Assembly: GCA_900553985.1 (NCBI GenBank)
Contig: USFW01000002.1
Location: 875 to 64,874 of the forward strand
Direction: 5' to 3'
From: an uncultured Clostridium sp.
Lineage (GTDB): Bacteria; Bacillota; Clostridia; TANB77; CAG-508
Length of the DNA stretch: 64,000 bases
The position numbers and the translations under genes are program-made. Under the pieces are notes generated by a model. It was not told where the DNA came from. It saw only the letters and a program-made list of their open reading frames with translations, and ran no database searches. How positions within the stretch are numbered: the first letter of the stretch is position 1; each line of letters starts with the position of its first letter. Shown piece by piece: positions 9,811-20,660 of the stretch.

Positions 9811-10548
9811 ATGGCTAAAATGGTTTTAGAAATAAAAGATAAAAAAGTTAATACAATAATAAGAAGTTATGGTAATACTAAAAATATAAAAATGTATTTT
9901 AATGGAGTAATATTAAATATAAGCAAACCTAAACGAATAAATAATAAAAAGATATTAGAAATAGTAAAACAAAATGAAGAAGAAATATACTCAAAATATT
10001 TAGAAATTAATAGATTAAATAGTGATGAAATAAAACATTGGATAACAGGCGAAAAAATATTATATAGAGGAAAATATTATGAGATAAAAAGGAAAAAAAG
10101 TGAAAATAATAAAATAAAGATATTTATAGATAATGATAATCTAATATTTGATATATGTATTCCAAGAAATATAATAGATGAAGAAATAATTAAATATAAT
10201 GTAGATAAAATCATGAAGAAGATTTTTAAAGAAGAAACAGAAAAATTACTACAAAATAAACTAAAATATTGGAAAGAGATTACAAAAATAGAATATACTT
10301 CTTTTAATGTAAGAGATGCAAAAAGTAAGTATGGTAGCTGCAAACCATTAACGAGACAATTATATTTTAGTTCAAGATTAATAATGTTGCCAGAAGATGT
10401 AATAAATGCTATAATAGTTCACGAATTATGCCATATTATATACAAAAATCATAGCAAAAAATTTTATGATTTAGTAAAAAAATTTATACCTAATTACGAT
10501 GAAATAGACAAATGGTTAAAGAAAAATTCAAAGGAAATCAATTTTTAA
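9811..10548 (+). CDS. YgjP/DUF45-like (M48-type) metal-dependent hydrolase
   Basis: C-terminal zinc motif IVHELCHIIYKNHSKKFYDLV. 245 aa. Confidence 0.65.
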   Translation: MAKMVLEIKDKKVNTIIRSYGNTKNIKMYFNGVILNISKPKRINNKKILEIVKQNEEEIYSKYLEINRLNSDEIKHWITGEKILYRGKYYEIKRKKSENNKIKIFIDNDNLIFDICIPRNIIDEEIIKYNVDKIMKKIFKEETEKLLQNKLKYWKEITKIEYTSFNVRDAKSKYGSCKPLTRQLYFSSRLIMLPEDVINAIIVHELCHIIYKNHSKKFYDLVKKFIPNYDEIDKWLKKNSKEINF

Positions 10549-10558
10549 GAAGGAGAAA

Positions 10559-11728
10559 GTGATGACAGATTTATTGATAAAATTATTCATAAAAGATAAA
10601 GAAAATGTAAAAGATTTAAAAATAAGAGAAAAATATGGAGCTCTTTCTAGTATAACAGGTATTATAGTAAATGTATTGCTATCAATTGTAAAAATAATAA
10701 TAGGTGCTATTTCAAATTCAATGTCAATAATATCTGACGGGTTAAATAATGTTACAGATGCAGGTTCTTCAGTTGTAACAATGATTGGATTTAAATTATC
10801 TCAGAAAAAAGTAGATAAAGATCACCCTTGGGGACATGGAAGAATGGAATATATTACAGCTTTCATTGTAGATGTATTAATAATTTTAGTAGGGTTAGAA
10901 TTATTTAGGTCATCAATAGATAAAATAATAAATCCGTCAATGCCAGATATAAGTAATATAACTCTTATTGTTTTAGGAATAGCAATTGTAACAAAATTAT
11001 GGTTATTTGTTTTTTATAAAAAGATAGCAAAATTAATAGATTCGGAAGCAATAAAAGGGAATGCATATGATAGCATATCAGATGTGATTTCAACATTTGT
11101 AGTATTAGTATCAGCTCTTATTGCAAAATTTGCAGGAATTACTATTGATGGATATGTTAGTATATTAGTTTCTATATTTATATTAGTTACAGGAATAAAA
11201 GCAATGAAAGAAACTTCAGATATATTATTAGGTCAAAAACCTGATGCTGATTTTGTAGAAGCAATTGAAAAATTTACAAGGAAATATGATATGATAGTAG
11301 GAATTCATGATATGATGGTACATGATTATGGACCAGGAAGAAAAATAGTATCATTTCATGCAGAAGTTCCAGAAAACAGTGATATTTGCAAAGCTCATGA
11401 TATAATAGACCAAATGGAACAAGATATATTAAATGAATTTAATTGTATAACTACAATACATATGGACCCAATAGCAGTAGATAATGAAGAAATAATGGAA
11501 ATGAAAGAATTTACAGAGAAAACAGTAAAAGATATTAATAATGAATATTCAATACATGATTTTAGAATGACTGATGGTGGAGATAGGATAAACTTGATTT
11601 TTGATTTAGTGATTCCTAGAGAAGAAAAAATAGATAAAGAAGAGCTAAAAAGAGAAGTTCAACAAAAAATACATGAAAAAGATAAAAAATATTATGCAGT
11701 TCCTAAAATAGAATGTTCTTATATATAA
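10559..11728 (+). CDS. Cation diffusion facilitator family transporter
   Basis: Six N-terminal TM helices with SDGLNNVTDAG and HPWGHGRMEY motifs, plus a cytoplasmic C-terminal domain. The start could be ATG 10562. Confidence 0.8.
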   Translation: MMTDLLIKLFIKDKENVKDLKIREKYGALSSITGIIVNVLLSIVKIIIGAISNSMSIISDGLNNVTDAGSSVVTMIGFKLSQKKVDKDHPWGHGRMEYITAFIVDVLIILVGLELFRSSIDKIINPSMPDISNITLIVLGIAIVTKLWLFVFYKKIAKLIDSEAIKGNAYDSISDVISTFVVLVSALIAKFAGITIDGYVSILVSIFILVTGIKAMKETSDILLGQKPDADFVEAIEKFTRKYDMIVGIHDMMVHDYGPGRKIVSFHAEVPENSDICKAHDIIDQMEQDILNEFNCITTIHMDPIAVDNEEIMEMKEFTEKTVKDINNEYSIHDFRMTDGGDRINLIFDLVIPREEKIDKEELKREVQQKIHEKDKKYYAVPKIECSYI

Positions 11729-11985
11729 AAACATTAATATAATACAAAAATAACAATTGTTAACAGCAAGTAAGAATTTCATTATGTATAGTAAATAGAT
11801 TTATAAATGGCAAATTAAAAAAGAAAGTTATAAAATAAATTTATAAATAAAAGGGTAAAAATAATTGAAATATTATATAAAAAATAGTAAAATGTATATA
11901 TGTTATAAGAAGGATTTTACATGGGATAATAGAAATTTTATAGATATATATCCTTCTAAGAAAAAAGAAAGGAATTGATTTTGAT

Positions 11986-12669
11986 ATGAGAAAAGTTGCT
12001 AATACCCTATGGGGAATAGTATTAATTATTTTAGGAATAATTTGCACTTTAAATGTTTTTGAAATAACACATATAAATTTATTTTTTGATGGTTGGTGGA
12101 CTTTCCTAATTATAATACCAAGTTTTATAGAAATGATAGCAAGAAAAAATAAAACTTGGAGTATCATTTGGTTAATAGTTGGAATTATCCTATTTTTAGC
12201 TTGTATAGATATATTAGACTTTGGAATGATTATGAAATTAATATTTCCAGTAGCATTGATATTGATAGGATTAAATTTAATATTTAAAGATAAATTTGAT
12301 AGAAGACTATCAAATAAGATAAAAGAAATGAAAAATAATAATGAAGATTTAGAAGAATATTGTGCAACATTTGGAGAAGCAAGACCATCATTCAAAGAAA
12401 AGGAATTTAAAGGTGCTAGTTTAGATGCTATATTTGGTAGTGTAGAATTAAACTTAAAAAATGCAATAATAAAAAAAGATCAAATAATTAAAGCTAGTGC
12501 AGTCTTTGGAGGAATTGATATAATTGTACCCGAAAATATTAATATAAAAATTAAATCTACACCAATCTTTGGAGGAGTTAGCAAAAAAGTAAATTTAAAA
12601 TACAGTGAACAATTACCAACAATTTATATAAATGCTTTTTGTATGTTTGGAGGTGTTAGCATAAAATGA
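11986..12669 (+). CDS. LiaF-like cell-wall-active antibiotic response protein (TM region + DUF2154-like C-terminus)
   Basis: N-terminal TMs (WGIVLIILGIICTLNVF...). The C-terminus reads SLDAIFGSVELNL...AVFGGIDIIVPENINI...PIFGGV. Confidence 0.6.
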   Translation: MRKVANTLWGIVLIILGIICTLNVFEITHINLFFDGWWTFLIIIPSFIEMIARKNKTWSIIWLIVGIILFLACIDILDFGMIMKLIFPVALILIGLNLIFKDKFDRRLSNKIKEMKNNNEDLEEYCATFGEARPSFKEKEFKGASLDAIFGSVELNLKNAIIKKDQIIKASAVFGGIDIIVPENINIKIKSTPIFGGVSKKVNLKYSEQLPTIYINAFCMFGGVSIK

Positions 12670-12914
12670 CAGGTTTTCAAAAATGTATAAAAGTAGGTGC
12701 AATAATATTTGGAACATATTTGTCAACAATTATAATAGGAATTATAGTAGTTATAACATTATCAATTATAGGGGGATTTGTAGCACTAAGTAGTGATGAT
12801 TGGATTTTAGAAGAAAAACATTATGAAGAATATAGAGACGATGATTATTATGAGGATATTATGTATAAAGGTTTAGAAGATAAATATTATAAAGATTTTA
12901 CAAATCAATTGTAA
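12666..12914 (+). CDS. Small membrane protein, 82 aa, start overlaps the liaF-like stop
   Basis: ATGA overlap with the upstream gene. One or two TMs are followed by an acidic, Tyr-rich tail. Confidence 0.45.
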   Translation: MTGFQKCIKVGAIIFGTYLSTIIIGIIVVITLSIIGGFVALSSDDWILEEKHYEEYRDDDYYEDIMYKGLEDKYYKDFTNQL

Positions 12915-13014
12915 ATTAGTATTGAACGATTATTGAATTTTAGTCGTTCAGTTTTTGTTGTATACTTGTATGGTATAGTTTTAATAAAAAATTTATTTAC
13001 TATTTTATAAAAAA

Positions 13015-13971
13015 ATGATAAAATATGAAAACGAAATCAATAAAAGGAAGAAGGACAAAAAGTTGAGTATTAAAGTGTTGGCAATAATAAATCCAGCGTC
13101 TGGAAAAGGAAATATAACAGAACATATAGATGAAATAAGAAACAATTTGAAGAATCAAGATATGGAAATGGACTTATATCTTACTAAAAAAGAGTATAAT
13201 GCTAAAAAAATTGTAGAAGATAATATAGAAGGAAAAGATTTAATCCTAGTATGTGGAGGAGATGGAACTTTAAATGAAGTGGTAACTGCATTTATGGAAA
13301 AAGAAATAAAAGATGTAACTGTTGCATATATACCACTTGGAACTACTAATGACTTAGCAAAATCATTGGAAATGCCTATAAAAGATATTTCAATAACAAA
13401 AAGATTATTACAATCAAAAGCAAAAGTAATAGATATAGGAGAATTTAATAATAAAAAGTTTTTTTGCTATGTTGCAGCTTTTGGAATAATGACAGATGTA
13501 TCTTATATGACTTCGCAGAAATTAAAAAATAAATATGGAAGATTTGCATACTATATGAAAGCTATTAAAGAAATAGTAAAAATACCCACATATAAAGTCA
13601 AAATAAAATATGATGACGAGGAGTTAGAAGGAGAGTTTATTTATGGTGGAATTAGTAATTCTGCTTCAATAGCTGGGTTTGAATGGTTTGACAGAAATGA
13701 AATAAGTTTAGAAGATGGGAAGTTTGAATGTATTTTTATCAGAAAACCGAAGAATTTATCAGGATATTTTAAAATATTAACAGCATATAGGGAAAAAGAT
13801 TACAGCTGGAATAGGGATATTGTCTATTTTAAGGCAAATAAAATACAAATTGAAACTGAGGAAGAAGTGGCATGGACATTAGATGGAGAATTTGCTGGAA
13901 GGTTAAATAATGTAAATATACAAAATTGTAATAAAGCACTTGAACTTGCAGTATGTGAAAAAAGCAAATAG
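13015..13971 (+). CDS. YegS/BmrU/DagK-family lipid kinase
   Basis: INPASGKG, VCGGDGTLNEV and PLGTTNDLAKSL motifs. The start codon is uncertain. Confidence 0.8.
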   Translation: MIKYENEINKRKKDKKLSIKVLAIINPASGKGNITEHIDEIRNNLKNQDMEMDLYLTKKEYNAKKIVEDNIEGKDLILVCGGDGTLNEVVTAFMEKEIKDVTVAYIPLGTTNDLAKSLEMPIKDISITKRLLQSKAKVIDIGEFNNKKFFCYVAAFGIMTDVSYMTSQKLKNKYGRFAYYMKAIKEIVKIPTYKVKIKYDDEELEGEFIYGGISNSASIAGFEWFDRNEISLEDGKFECIFIRKPKNLSGYFKILTAYREKDYSWNRDIVYFKANKIQIETEEEVAWTLDGEFAGRLNNVNIQNCNKALELAVCEKSK

Positions 13972-14055
13972 GTGCGAATAATATATAGAGTTAAGAAAAA
14001 ACATTTTGCATACAATAAAAATGAGGAAATAGATGAAAAATGAAAGGAATTACAA

Positions 14056-15078
14056 ATGCTGAAAAGAATTATAGAAAAAAATTATAAATGGATAACAATT
14101 TTATTATGTGTAATAATTGTATTAATGATGTTAGAAGATATTTTTAACAGTCAACAATTAACAATAGATACAGTAATTTATAAAAATGTAATATTAAATT
14201 TAAGGTCAGAACCACTTACTGCAATAATGAAAATCATAACTAATTTAGCATCTGCATATACACTGATAGCAATAACGATAGCATCATTTGTTTTTATAAA
14301 AAATAAAAAAATAGGAAAATGCATTACTGTTAACTTAGTATTATCTACTTTATTAAATCAAATATTAAAATATACAGTTCAAAGACCAAGACCAGAAGGA
14401 TATATGATAATAAATGAAAATGGATATAGTTTTCCTTCTGGACATTCAATGATAAGTATGGCATTTTACGGACTAATAATTTATTTAATATGGAAAAAGA
14501 TGAAAAATGTGAAGTTGAAATATATATTATGTGGATTTCTTTCAATATTAATACCTTTAATAGGATTTAGTAGAATATATTTAGGAGTACATTATGCAAG
14601 TGATGTAATAGGAGGATTTGCAATATCAATAGCATATTTGGTACTTTACATAGGAGCAGTAAAAACATATTTAAATATAGAAAAGGAAGAAAAAATGAAT
14701 AAGCGTGAAATGGTTAAATTAAGAAAGAAAAGAAAAAAACTAAGAAATAGTTTCAAATATGCTTTTGAGGGGATAGGAGAGGCTTTGAAAACAGAACAAA
14801 ATTTAAAAATTCATTTTTTTATAATGATAGTTGTTATAACAGCTGGATTAGTTTTTAAAATAAATGCAATGGAATGGATTGCATGTATTATATTGTTTGG
14901 TTTAGTTATATCATTAGAATTAATAAATACTGCAATAGAAACAACTGTGGATATTGCAATGCCTGAAAAAAATGAGAAAGCTAAATTAGCAAAAGATGTA
15001 GCAGCTGGTGCCGTATTAATGTCAGCTATAATGGCAATAGTAGTTGGATTAATAATATTTTTACCGAAAATATTTTAA
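14056..15078 (+). CDS. Fusion protein: PAP2 phosphatase (N-terminal) + DgkA-type diacylglycerol/undecaprenol kinase (C-terminal)
   Basis: PAP2 motifs KYTVQRPRP, PSGHS and SRIYLGVHYASDV, followed by a K/R linker. The DgkA-like part reads NSFKYAFEGIGEALKTEQN...ELINTAIETTVD...AKDVAAGAVL. Confidence 0.75.
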   Translation: MLKRIIEKNYKWITILLCVIIVLMMLEDIFNSQQLTIDTVIYKNVILNLRSEPLTAIMKIITNLASAYTLIAITIASFVFIKNKKIGKCITVNLVLSTLLNQILKYTVQRPRPEGYMIINENGYSFPSGHSMISMAFYGLIIYLIWKKMKNVKLKYILCGFLSILIPLIGFSRIYLGVHYASDVIGGFAISIAYLVLYIGAVKTYLNIEKEEKMNKREMVKLRKKRKKLRNSFKYAFEGIGEALKTEQNLKIHFFIMIVVITAGLVFKINAMEWIACIILFGLVISLELINTAIETTVDIAMPEKNEKAKLAKDVAAGAVLMSAIMAIVVGLIIFLPKIF

Positions 15079-15169
15079 ATAGAAAAAAGTACAAGTTTTT
15101 TTAAAAAAGAACTTGTACTTTTTTGATTATACCGATATAATGAGAGTACAAAAAGGAGGTTATATAAAA

Positions 15170-16171
15170 ATGTCTTTTATAGAAGAAATAAAAACAAGAG
15201 CAAAAGAAAACATAAAAACAATAATACTTCCAGAAGCAGATGACATACGAATATTAGAAGCAACTCAAAAAATAAATAAAGAAGGGTTTGCAAAAATAAT
15301 TTTAATAGGAAATGATGAAGAAATTTTAAAAAAAGCAAAGGAAAATAACCTAGATATAAGTGGAGCAAAAATAATAAATCCATCATCTTCTGAAGATTAT
15401 GATAACTATGTTAATTTATTGTATGAACTAAGAAAAAATAAAGGAATGACTGAAGAAAAAGCAAAGGAATTAGTGCTAAATCCAGTATATTATGGAATGT
15501 TAATGGTAAAAGAAGGAAAAGCAGATGGATTAGTATCTGGTGCAGCACATTCTACATCTGATACTTTAAGACCAGCACTTCAAATATTAAAAACAGCACC
15601 AAATACAAAATTAGTTTCAGCATTTTTTGTAATGGTAGTTCCAAATTGTGAGTTAGGTGAAAATGGTGTATTTATTTTTGGAGATAGTGGTTTAAACGAA
15701 AACCCAGACATGGATCAATTATCAGAAATAGCAATATCTTCTGCAAAAAGTTTTAGACAATTAGTAGAAAAAGAACCTAAAGTAGCAATGCTTTCATATT
15801 CAACACATGGAAGTGCACATTCAGAGTTAACAGAAAAAGTAATTGGGGCGACTAAATTAGTAAAGGAAAAAGATAAAGATTTATTAGTAGATGGAGAATT
15901 ACAACTAGATGCTGCAATAATTCCAGAAATAGCAAAATCAAAAGCACCTACAAGTCCTATAAAAGGAGAAGCAAATACATTAATATTTCCAAATTTAGAT
16001 GCAGGAAATATAGGATATAAATTAGTACAAAGATTAGGAAAAGCAGAAGCATATGGACCATTATGTCAAGGAATAGCTAAACCAGTAAATGATTTATCAA
16101 GAGGATGTAATAGTGATGATATAGTAGGAGTCGTAGCAATTACAGCAGTTCAAGCAAATACTAATTTTTAA
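15170..16171 (+). CDS. pta: Phosphate acetyltransferase
   Basis: MSFIEEIKTRAK...ILPEADD...GLVSGAAHSTSDTLRPALQI. I chose the start at 15170 behind RBS AAAGGAGG rather than the track Met at 15113. Confidence 0.9.
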   Translation: MSFIEEIKTRAKENIKTIILPEADDIRILEATQKINKEGFAKIILIGNDEEILKKAKENNLDISGAKIINPSSSEDYDNYVNLLYELRKNKGMTEEKAKELVLNPVYYGMLMVKEGKADGLVSGAAHSTSDTLRPALQILKTAPNTKLVSAFFVMVVPNCELGENGVFIFGDSGLNENPDMDQLSEIAISSAKSFRQLVEKEPKVAMLSYSTHGSAHSELTEKVIGATKLVKEKDKDLLVDGELQLDAAIIPEIAKSKAPTSPIKGEANTLIFPNLDAGNIGYKLVQRLGKAEAYGPLCQGIAKPVNDLSRGCNSDDIVGVVAITAVQANTNF

Positions 16172-16257
16172 TGAGGGGATTTTAGTTTGAAAGGAATAAA
16201 AAACTTTCACTACTAGGGAAGGCCTTTTAGAAAAATAAGAAAGGAATGGATTTATAT

Positions 16258-17457
16258 ATGAAAATTTTAGTTTTAAACTCTGGAAGTTCATCTTTAAAAT
16301 ATCAAGTAATTGATATGGATACTGAAGAAATGTTAGTAAAAGGAAATTATGAAAGAATAGGACAAGGAAATTCATTTTTGACACATAAAGTTAATGGAGA
16401 AAAACATAAATTTGAGCATCCAGCAAAAGACCATGAGCAAGCAATAAAATTTGTTTTAACCAGATTAGTAAATCCTCATTATGGAGTTTTAGAAAACTTA
16501 GAAGAATTAGCTGGTATAGGGCATAGAGTGGTTCATGGTGGAGAAAAATTTGCAGAACCAGTACTTATAACAGATGAAGTGATGGACGAAATAGAAAAAT
16601 GTAGTGAATTAGCACCATTACACAATCCAGCAGCTATATTAGGAATGAAAGCTTGTAAAAAACTTGCACCAAATATTAAAATGGTAGCAGTTTTTGATAC
16701 AGCATTTCACCAAACTTTAAGTAAAGAAAGATATATTTATCCAATACCTTATGAATATTATAAAAAATATGGAATAAGAAAATACGGATTTCATGGGACT
16801 TCTCATGAATATGTGGCATATAGAGTAGCAGAATTATTAGGAAAAGATGTAAAAGATTTAAAAATAGTAAACTGTCATTTAGGACAAGGAGCTAGTATAT
16901 GTGCAATTAATAAAGGAGTTTCAGTAGAAACAAGTATGGGATTAACACCTTTAGGAGGAATTCCTATGGGAACAAGAAGTGGAGATTTAGATCCATCTGT
17001 TGTTACATATATAATGAAAAAAGAAAATCTTTCACCAGATGAAATGGAAAAGATATTAAACAAACAATCAGGAGTTTTTGGAATATCACAAGTTTCAGTA
17101 GATTTTAGAGACATAGAAAATGATGCAGCAGCAGGAGGAACACATGCACAATTAGCATTAGATAATTTCCATTATCAAGTTGCAAGTTATGTATCTAGAT
17201 GTATTGTTGCTATGAATGGAATAGATGTCTTGACATTTACAGCAGGAGTAGGAGAAAAAGGAGAGCTTTCAAGAGAAGCTATATGTAATTATTTTGAATT
17301 TATGGGATTGAAAATAAATAAAGAATATAATAGAACATTAAAAGGTGTTGAAACAGAAATTTCAACAAAAGATTCTAAAATTAAAGTGTTTATAATTCCT
17401 ACAAATGAGGAATTGATGATAGCAAGACAAACACTAAAAACTATTTGTAATAAATAA
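16258..17457 (+). CDS. ackA: Acetate kinase
   Basis: MKILVLNSGSSSLKYQ, GHRVVHGG, FDTAFHQT, YGFHGTSH and EELMIA motifs. Confidence 0.9.
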   Translation: MKILVLNSGSSSLKYQVIDMDTEEMLVKGNYERIGQGNSFLTHKVNGEKHKFEHPAKDHEQAIKFVLTRLVNPHYGVLENLEELAGIGHRVVHGGEKFAEPVLITDEVMDEIEKCSELAPLHNPAAILGMKACKKLAPNIKMVAVFDTAFHQTLSKERYIYPIPYEYYKKYGIRKYGFHGTSHEYVAYRVAELLGKDVKDLKIVNCHLGQGASICAINKGVSVETSMGLTPLGGIPMGTRSGDLDPSVVTYIMKKENLSPDEMEKILNKQSGVFGISQVSVDFRDIENDAAAGGTHAQLALDNFHYQVASYVSRCIVAMNGIDVLTFTAGVGEKGELSREAICNYFEFMGLKINKEYNRTLKGVETEISTKDSKIKVFIIPTNEELMIARQTLKTICNK

Positions 17458-17584
17458 TAGTAATTAAAAATTGTATAATATTATTGAATGTGAAGGTTTA
17501 TAGGGATTTGACCTTATTTGAATACAACATATATTATATTCAATAAAAAAACCTAAATATATTAAACAAGGAAGAATATAAAAA

Positions 17585-18775
17585 ATGAAAATTTTAGTTT
17601 TAAATTGTGGTAGCTCATCACTTAAATACCAATTAATTAATATGGAAAATGAAGAAGTAGTTGCTTCAGGAAAATATGAAAGAATAGGAGAAAAAGAAGC
17701 TTTTTTAACACATAAAGCTTGTGGTAAAAAAGTGGAAATAAAAAAATCAGCATATAATCATAAAGAAGCAATAGAAATTACTTTAAAAGAATTTACAAAT
17801 CCAGAATATAAAGTTATAGAAAGTTTAGATGAAATAAATGCAATAGGGCATAGATTAGTACATGGAGGAGAAAAGATTTCAAAATCAGTATTAATCGATG
17901 ATGAAGTTAAAAATGTTTTAAAAGAATATACAGATTTAGCACCATTACATAATCCAGCATGTTTATTAGGAATAGAAGCATGTGAAGAAGTATTTCCAAG
18001 TAAACCTATGGTTGGTGTTTTTGATACAGCATTTCATCAAACAGTTCCAAAGGAAAAATATATTTATCCAATACCATATGAATATTATAAAAAGTATAGT
18101 GTAAGAAAGTATGGATTCCATGGTACATCTCATATGTATGTTTCTAATAGGCTTGCAGAATTAGAAAATAAAAATATAGAAGATTTAAAGATTGTTACTT
18201 GTCATTTAGGACAAGGATCTAGTATATGTGCTATTCAAGGTGGAAAATCAATTGATACAAGTATGGGATTAACTCCACTTGGAGGAATATCAATGGTTAC
18301 TAGAAGTGGAGATTTAGATCCATCTGTTGTTACATATATAATGAAAAAAGAAAATTTAACACCAGAAGAAATGGAAAATATCTTAAATAAAGAAGCAGGA
18401 ATATCTGCAATTTCAGGATTAGCTCCTGACTTTAGAGTTATAGAAGAAGAATCAAATAATGGAAGTGAAATGGCTAAAATAGCAATTGAAGAATTTAATT
18501 ATTCAGTAGCAACATATATTGCAAAATATGCTATGGCAATGAATGGAGTAGACTATATAGTATTTACAGGAGGAATTGGAGAAAATCAAATAAATATAAG
18601 AAAAGGCATTTGCGAAAAGTTAGGATTTATGGGAGTAAATTTAGATTTAGATAAAAATAATATTAGAGGAGAAGAAAGAGTAATTTCAACAGAAGATTCA
18701 TCAATTAAAGTATATTTAATTCCAACAAATGAAGAATTAATGATAGCTAAAGAAACAGAAAAACTAATTAAATAG
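17585..18775 (+). CDS. Second acetate/propionate-family kinase paralogue
   Basis: It has the same motif set (MKILVLNCGSSSLKYQ, GHRLVHGG, FDTAFHQT, YGFHGTSH) but is clearly diverged from the upstream copy. Confidence 0.85.
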   Translation: MKILVLNCGSSSLKYQLINMENEEVVASGKYERIGEKEAFLTHKACGKKVEIKKSAYNHKEAIEITLKEFTNPEYKVIESLDEINAIGHRLVHGGEKISKSVLIDDEVKNVLKEYTDLAPLHNPACLLGIEACEEVFPSKPMVGVFDTAFHQTVPKEKYIYPIPYEYYKKYSVRKYGFHGTSHMYVSNRLAELENKNIEDLKIVTCHLGQGSSICAIQGGKSIDTSMGLTPLGGISMVTRSGDLDPSVVTYIMKKENLTPEEMENILNKEAGISAISGLAPDFRVIEEESNNGSEMAKIAIEEFNYSVATYIAKYAMAMNGVDYIVFTGGIGENQINIRKGICEKLGFMGVNLDLDKNNIRGEERVISTEDSSIKVYLIPTNEELMIAKETEKLIK

Positions 18776-19006
18776 ATAAATTATTAATCTAATAGTTTTA
18801 CTAAGTTTGTGTGAATGAGTATGGGAGTACAAGAGAGCTGATTTTTGTCTCCGACCCCAAAATCTGCAAAAAAATTAAAAATCCTAAAAAATTATTTACA
18901 TAAATAAATTTATATGTTAAAATATAATATACATAAATCGGAGCAACTAATGAGTATCTAAACTTATTAGTTGCTAATATTATTAATTAAAATTAAGGAG
19001 GAAATT

Positions 19007-20512
19007 ATGGCAAAAATATTAGAAGACATATCTAGAACATTTAATGAATTTTTATTATTACCAAATTTAACAGATGAAAGATGTATACCAAGTAAAGTAT
19101 CTTTAAAGACTCCACTTGTAAAATTTAAAAAAGGAGAAGAAGCTAAATATTATGCAAATGTACCTATGGTATCTGCAATAATGCAATCAGTTTCAGGAGA
19201 AGAAATGGGAATAGCTCTTGCTCGTGAGGGTGGAGTTGCATTCATTTATGGTTCACAATCAATAGAATCACAAGCTAAAATGGTTAAACATGTAAAAAAA
19301 CATAAAGCAGGTTTCATCATAAGTGATTCAAATGTAAAATCAGGAACACCATTAAAAGATGTAATTGAATTAGTAAAAGAAACAGGACACTCAACAGTTA
19401 TGATAACTGAAGATGGAACAGCAAATGGTAAATTTTTAGGATTAGTTACAGACAAGGATTATAGAATTTCAAGAGAAGATATGAATACTCCTATTGATAA
19501 TTTCATGACACCACTTGAAAAAGCAGTTGTAGCACATGAGGGAATAAACCTATCAGAAGCAAATGATATAATATGGGAAAATAAAATAGCGTGTTTACCT
19601 ATTTTAACAGATGAAGGAAATCTAAAATATTTAGTGTTTAGAAAAGATTATGAAGAAAGAAAAAATAATCCAGATTCTTTATTAGATGAAAATAAAAGAT
19701 ATATTGTAGGTGCAGGAATTAATACAAGAGACTATGAAGAAAGAATACCAGCATTAGTTGAAGCAGGAGTCGACATGATATGTATGGATTCATCAGATGG
19801 ATATTCTGTATGGCAAAAAAATACAATTGATTTTGTTAGAAAAACATATGGTGATAGTGTAAAAATTGGAGCAGGAAATGTAGTAGATAAAGAAGGCTTC
19901 AGATATTTAGCCGAAGCAGGAGCTGATTTCATAAAAGTAGGTGTTGGAGGAGGTTCTATTTGTATCACTCGTGAAACAAAAGGAATTGGTAGAGGACAAG
20001 CTTCAGCCCTTATAGATGTAGTTGCAGCAAGAGATGAATATTTTGAAGAAACAGGAGTATATATTCCAATTTGTTCAGATGGAGGAATAGTTCATGACCA
20101 TCATATAACAATAGCTTTAGCATTAGGAGCCGATTTTGTTATGATGGGAAGATATTTTGCTAGATTTGATGAAAGCCCAACAAGAGTTGTTAGAAAAGGA
20201 AACGGATATGTAAAAGAATATTGGGGAGAAGGTTCAAACAGAGCTAGAAACTGGCAAAGATATGATATGGGAGGAGATAAAAAACTTTCATTTGAAGAAG
20301 GTGTTGATTCATATATTCCATATGCAGGAAAATTAAAAGACAACTTAGCTGTAACTTGTGCTAAAATAAAATCTACAATGTGCAATTGTGGAAGTATAAC
20401 AATACAAGAGTTGCATGAAAAAGCGAGATTAACTTTAGTTTCTAATGTTAGTATCGCAGAAGGTAGTGCACATGATGTAATTTTAAAAGAAATTGATAAC
20501 CAATATAAATAA
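19007..20512 (+). CDS. guaB: IMP dehydrogenase
   Basis: Catalytic loop [15 protein letters not shown]-pair insert and [12 protein letters not shown]. Start 19007 lies behind RBS AAGGAGG. Confidence 0.85.
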   Translation: MAKILEDISRTFNEFLLLPNLTDERCIPSKVSLKTPLVKFKKGEEAKYYANVPMVSAIMQSVSGEEMGIALAREGGVAFIYGSQSIESQAKMVKHVKKHKAGFIISDSNVKSGTPLKDVIELVKETGHSTVMITEDGTANGKFLGLVTDKDYRISREDMNTPIDNFMTPLEKAVVAHEGINLSEANDIIWENKIACLPILTDEGNLKYLVFRKDYEERKNNPDSLLDENKRYIVGAGINTRDYEERIPALVEAGVDMICMDSSDGYSVWQKNTIDFVRKTYGDSVKIGAGNVVDKEGFRYLAEAGADFIKVGVGGGSICITRETKGIGRGQASALIDVVAARDEYFEETGVYIPICSDGGIVHDHHITIALALGADFVMMGRYFARFDESPTRVVRKGNGYVKEYWGEGSNRARNWQRYDMGGDKKLSFEEGVDSYIPYAGKLKDNLAVTCAKIKSTMCNCGSITIQELHEKARLTLVSNVSIAEGSAHDVILKEIDNQYK

Positions 20513-20533
20513 GAAAGTTTATTGTATACAGGG

Positions 20534-20575
20534 AATTATCCTAAAATATCAAGAATATTTTAGGATAATTTTTTG
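20534..20575 (+). terminator. Terminator after guaB
   Basis: AATTATCCTAAAATAT / ATATTTTAGGATAATT perfect stem followed by TTTT. Confidence 0.7.
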
Positions 20576-20660
20576 TATTAAAATATAAAGTTATATCATT
20601 ATTAATTTTATTAAAATAATAAAAAGATTAAATTTTAAACATTAAATATCTTGATTTATA

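Noticed and set aside
15113-15169. Long N-terminal extensions given by the ORF track for pta (15113), ackA (16246), guaB (18971), rbr (42787), cotJC (31439), mobV (50198) and xre (53560).
   Set aside because: Internal Met codons preceded by good Shine-Dalgarno sequences give N-termini that match the conserved family starts. The extensions look like read-through of upstream non-coding DNA.
18776-19006. A purine/guanine riboswitch upstream of guaB.
   Set aside because: I could not find the conserved three-way-junction core (the UAUAAU..., ...CCGUAAA... type elements). Only a simple hairpin is present.
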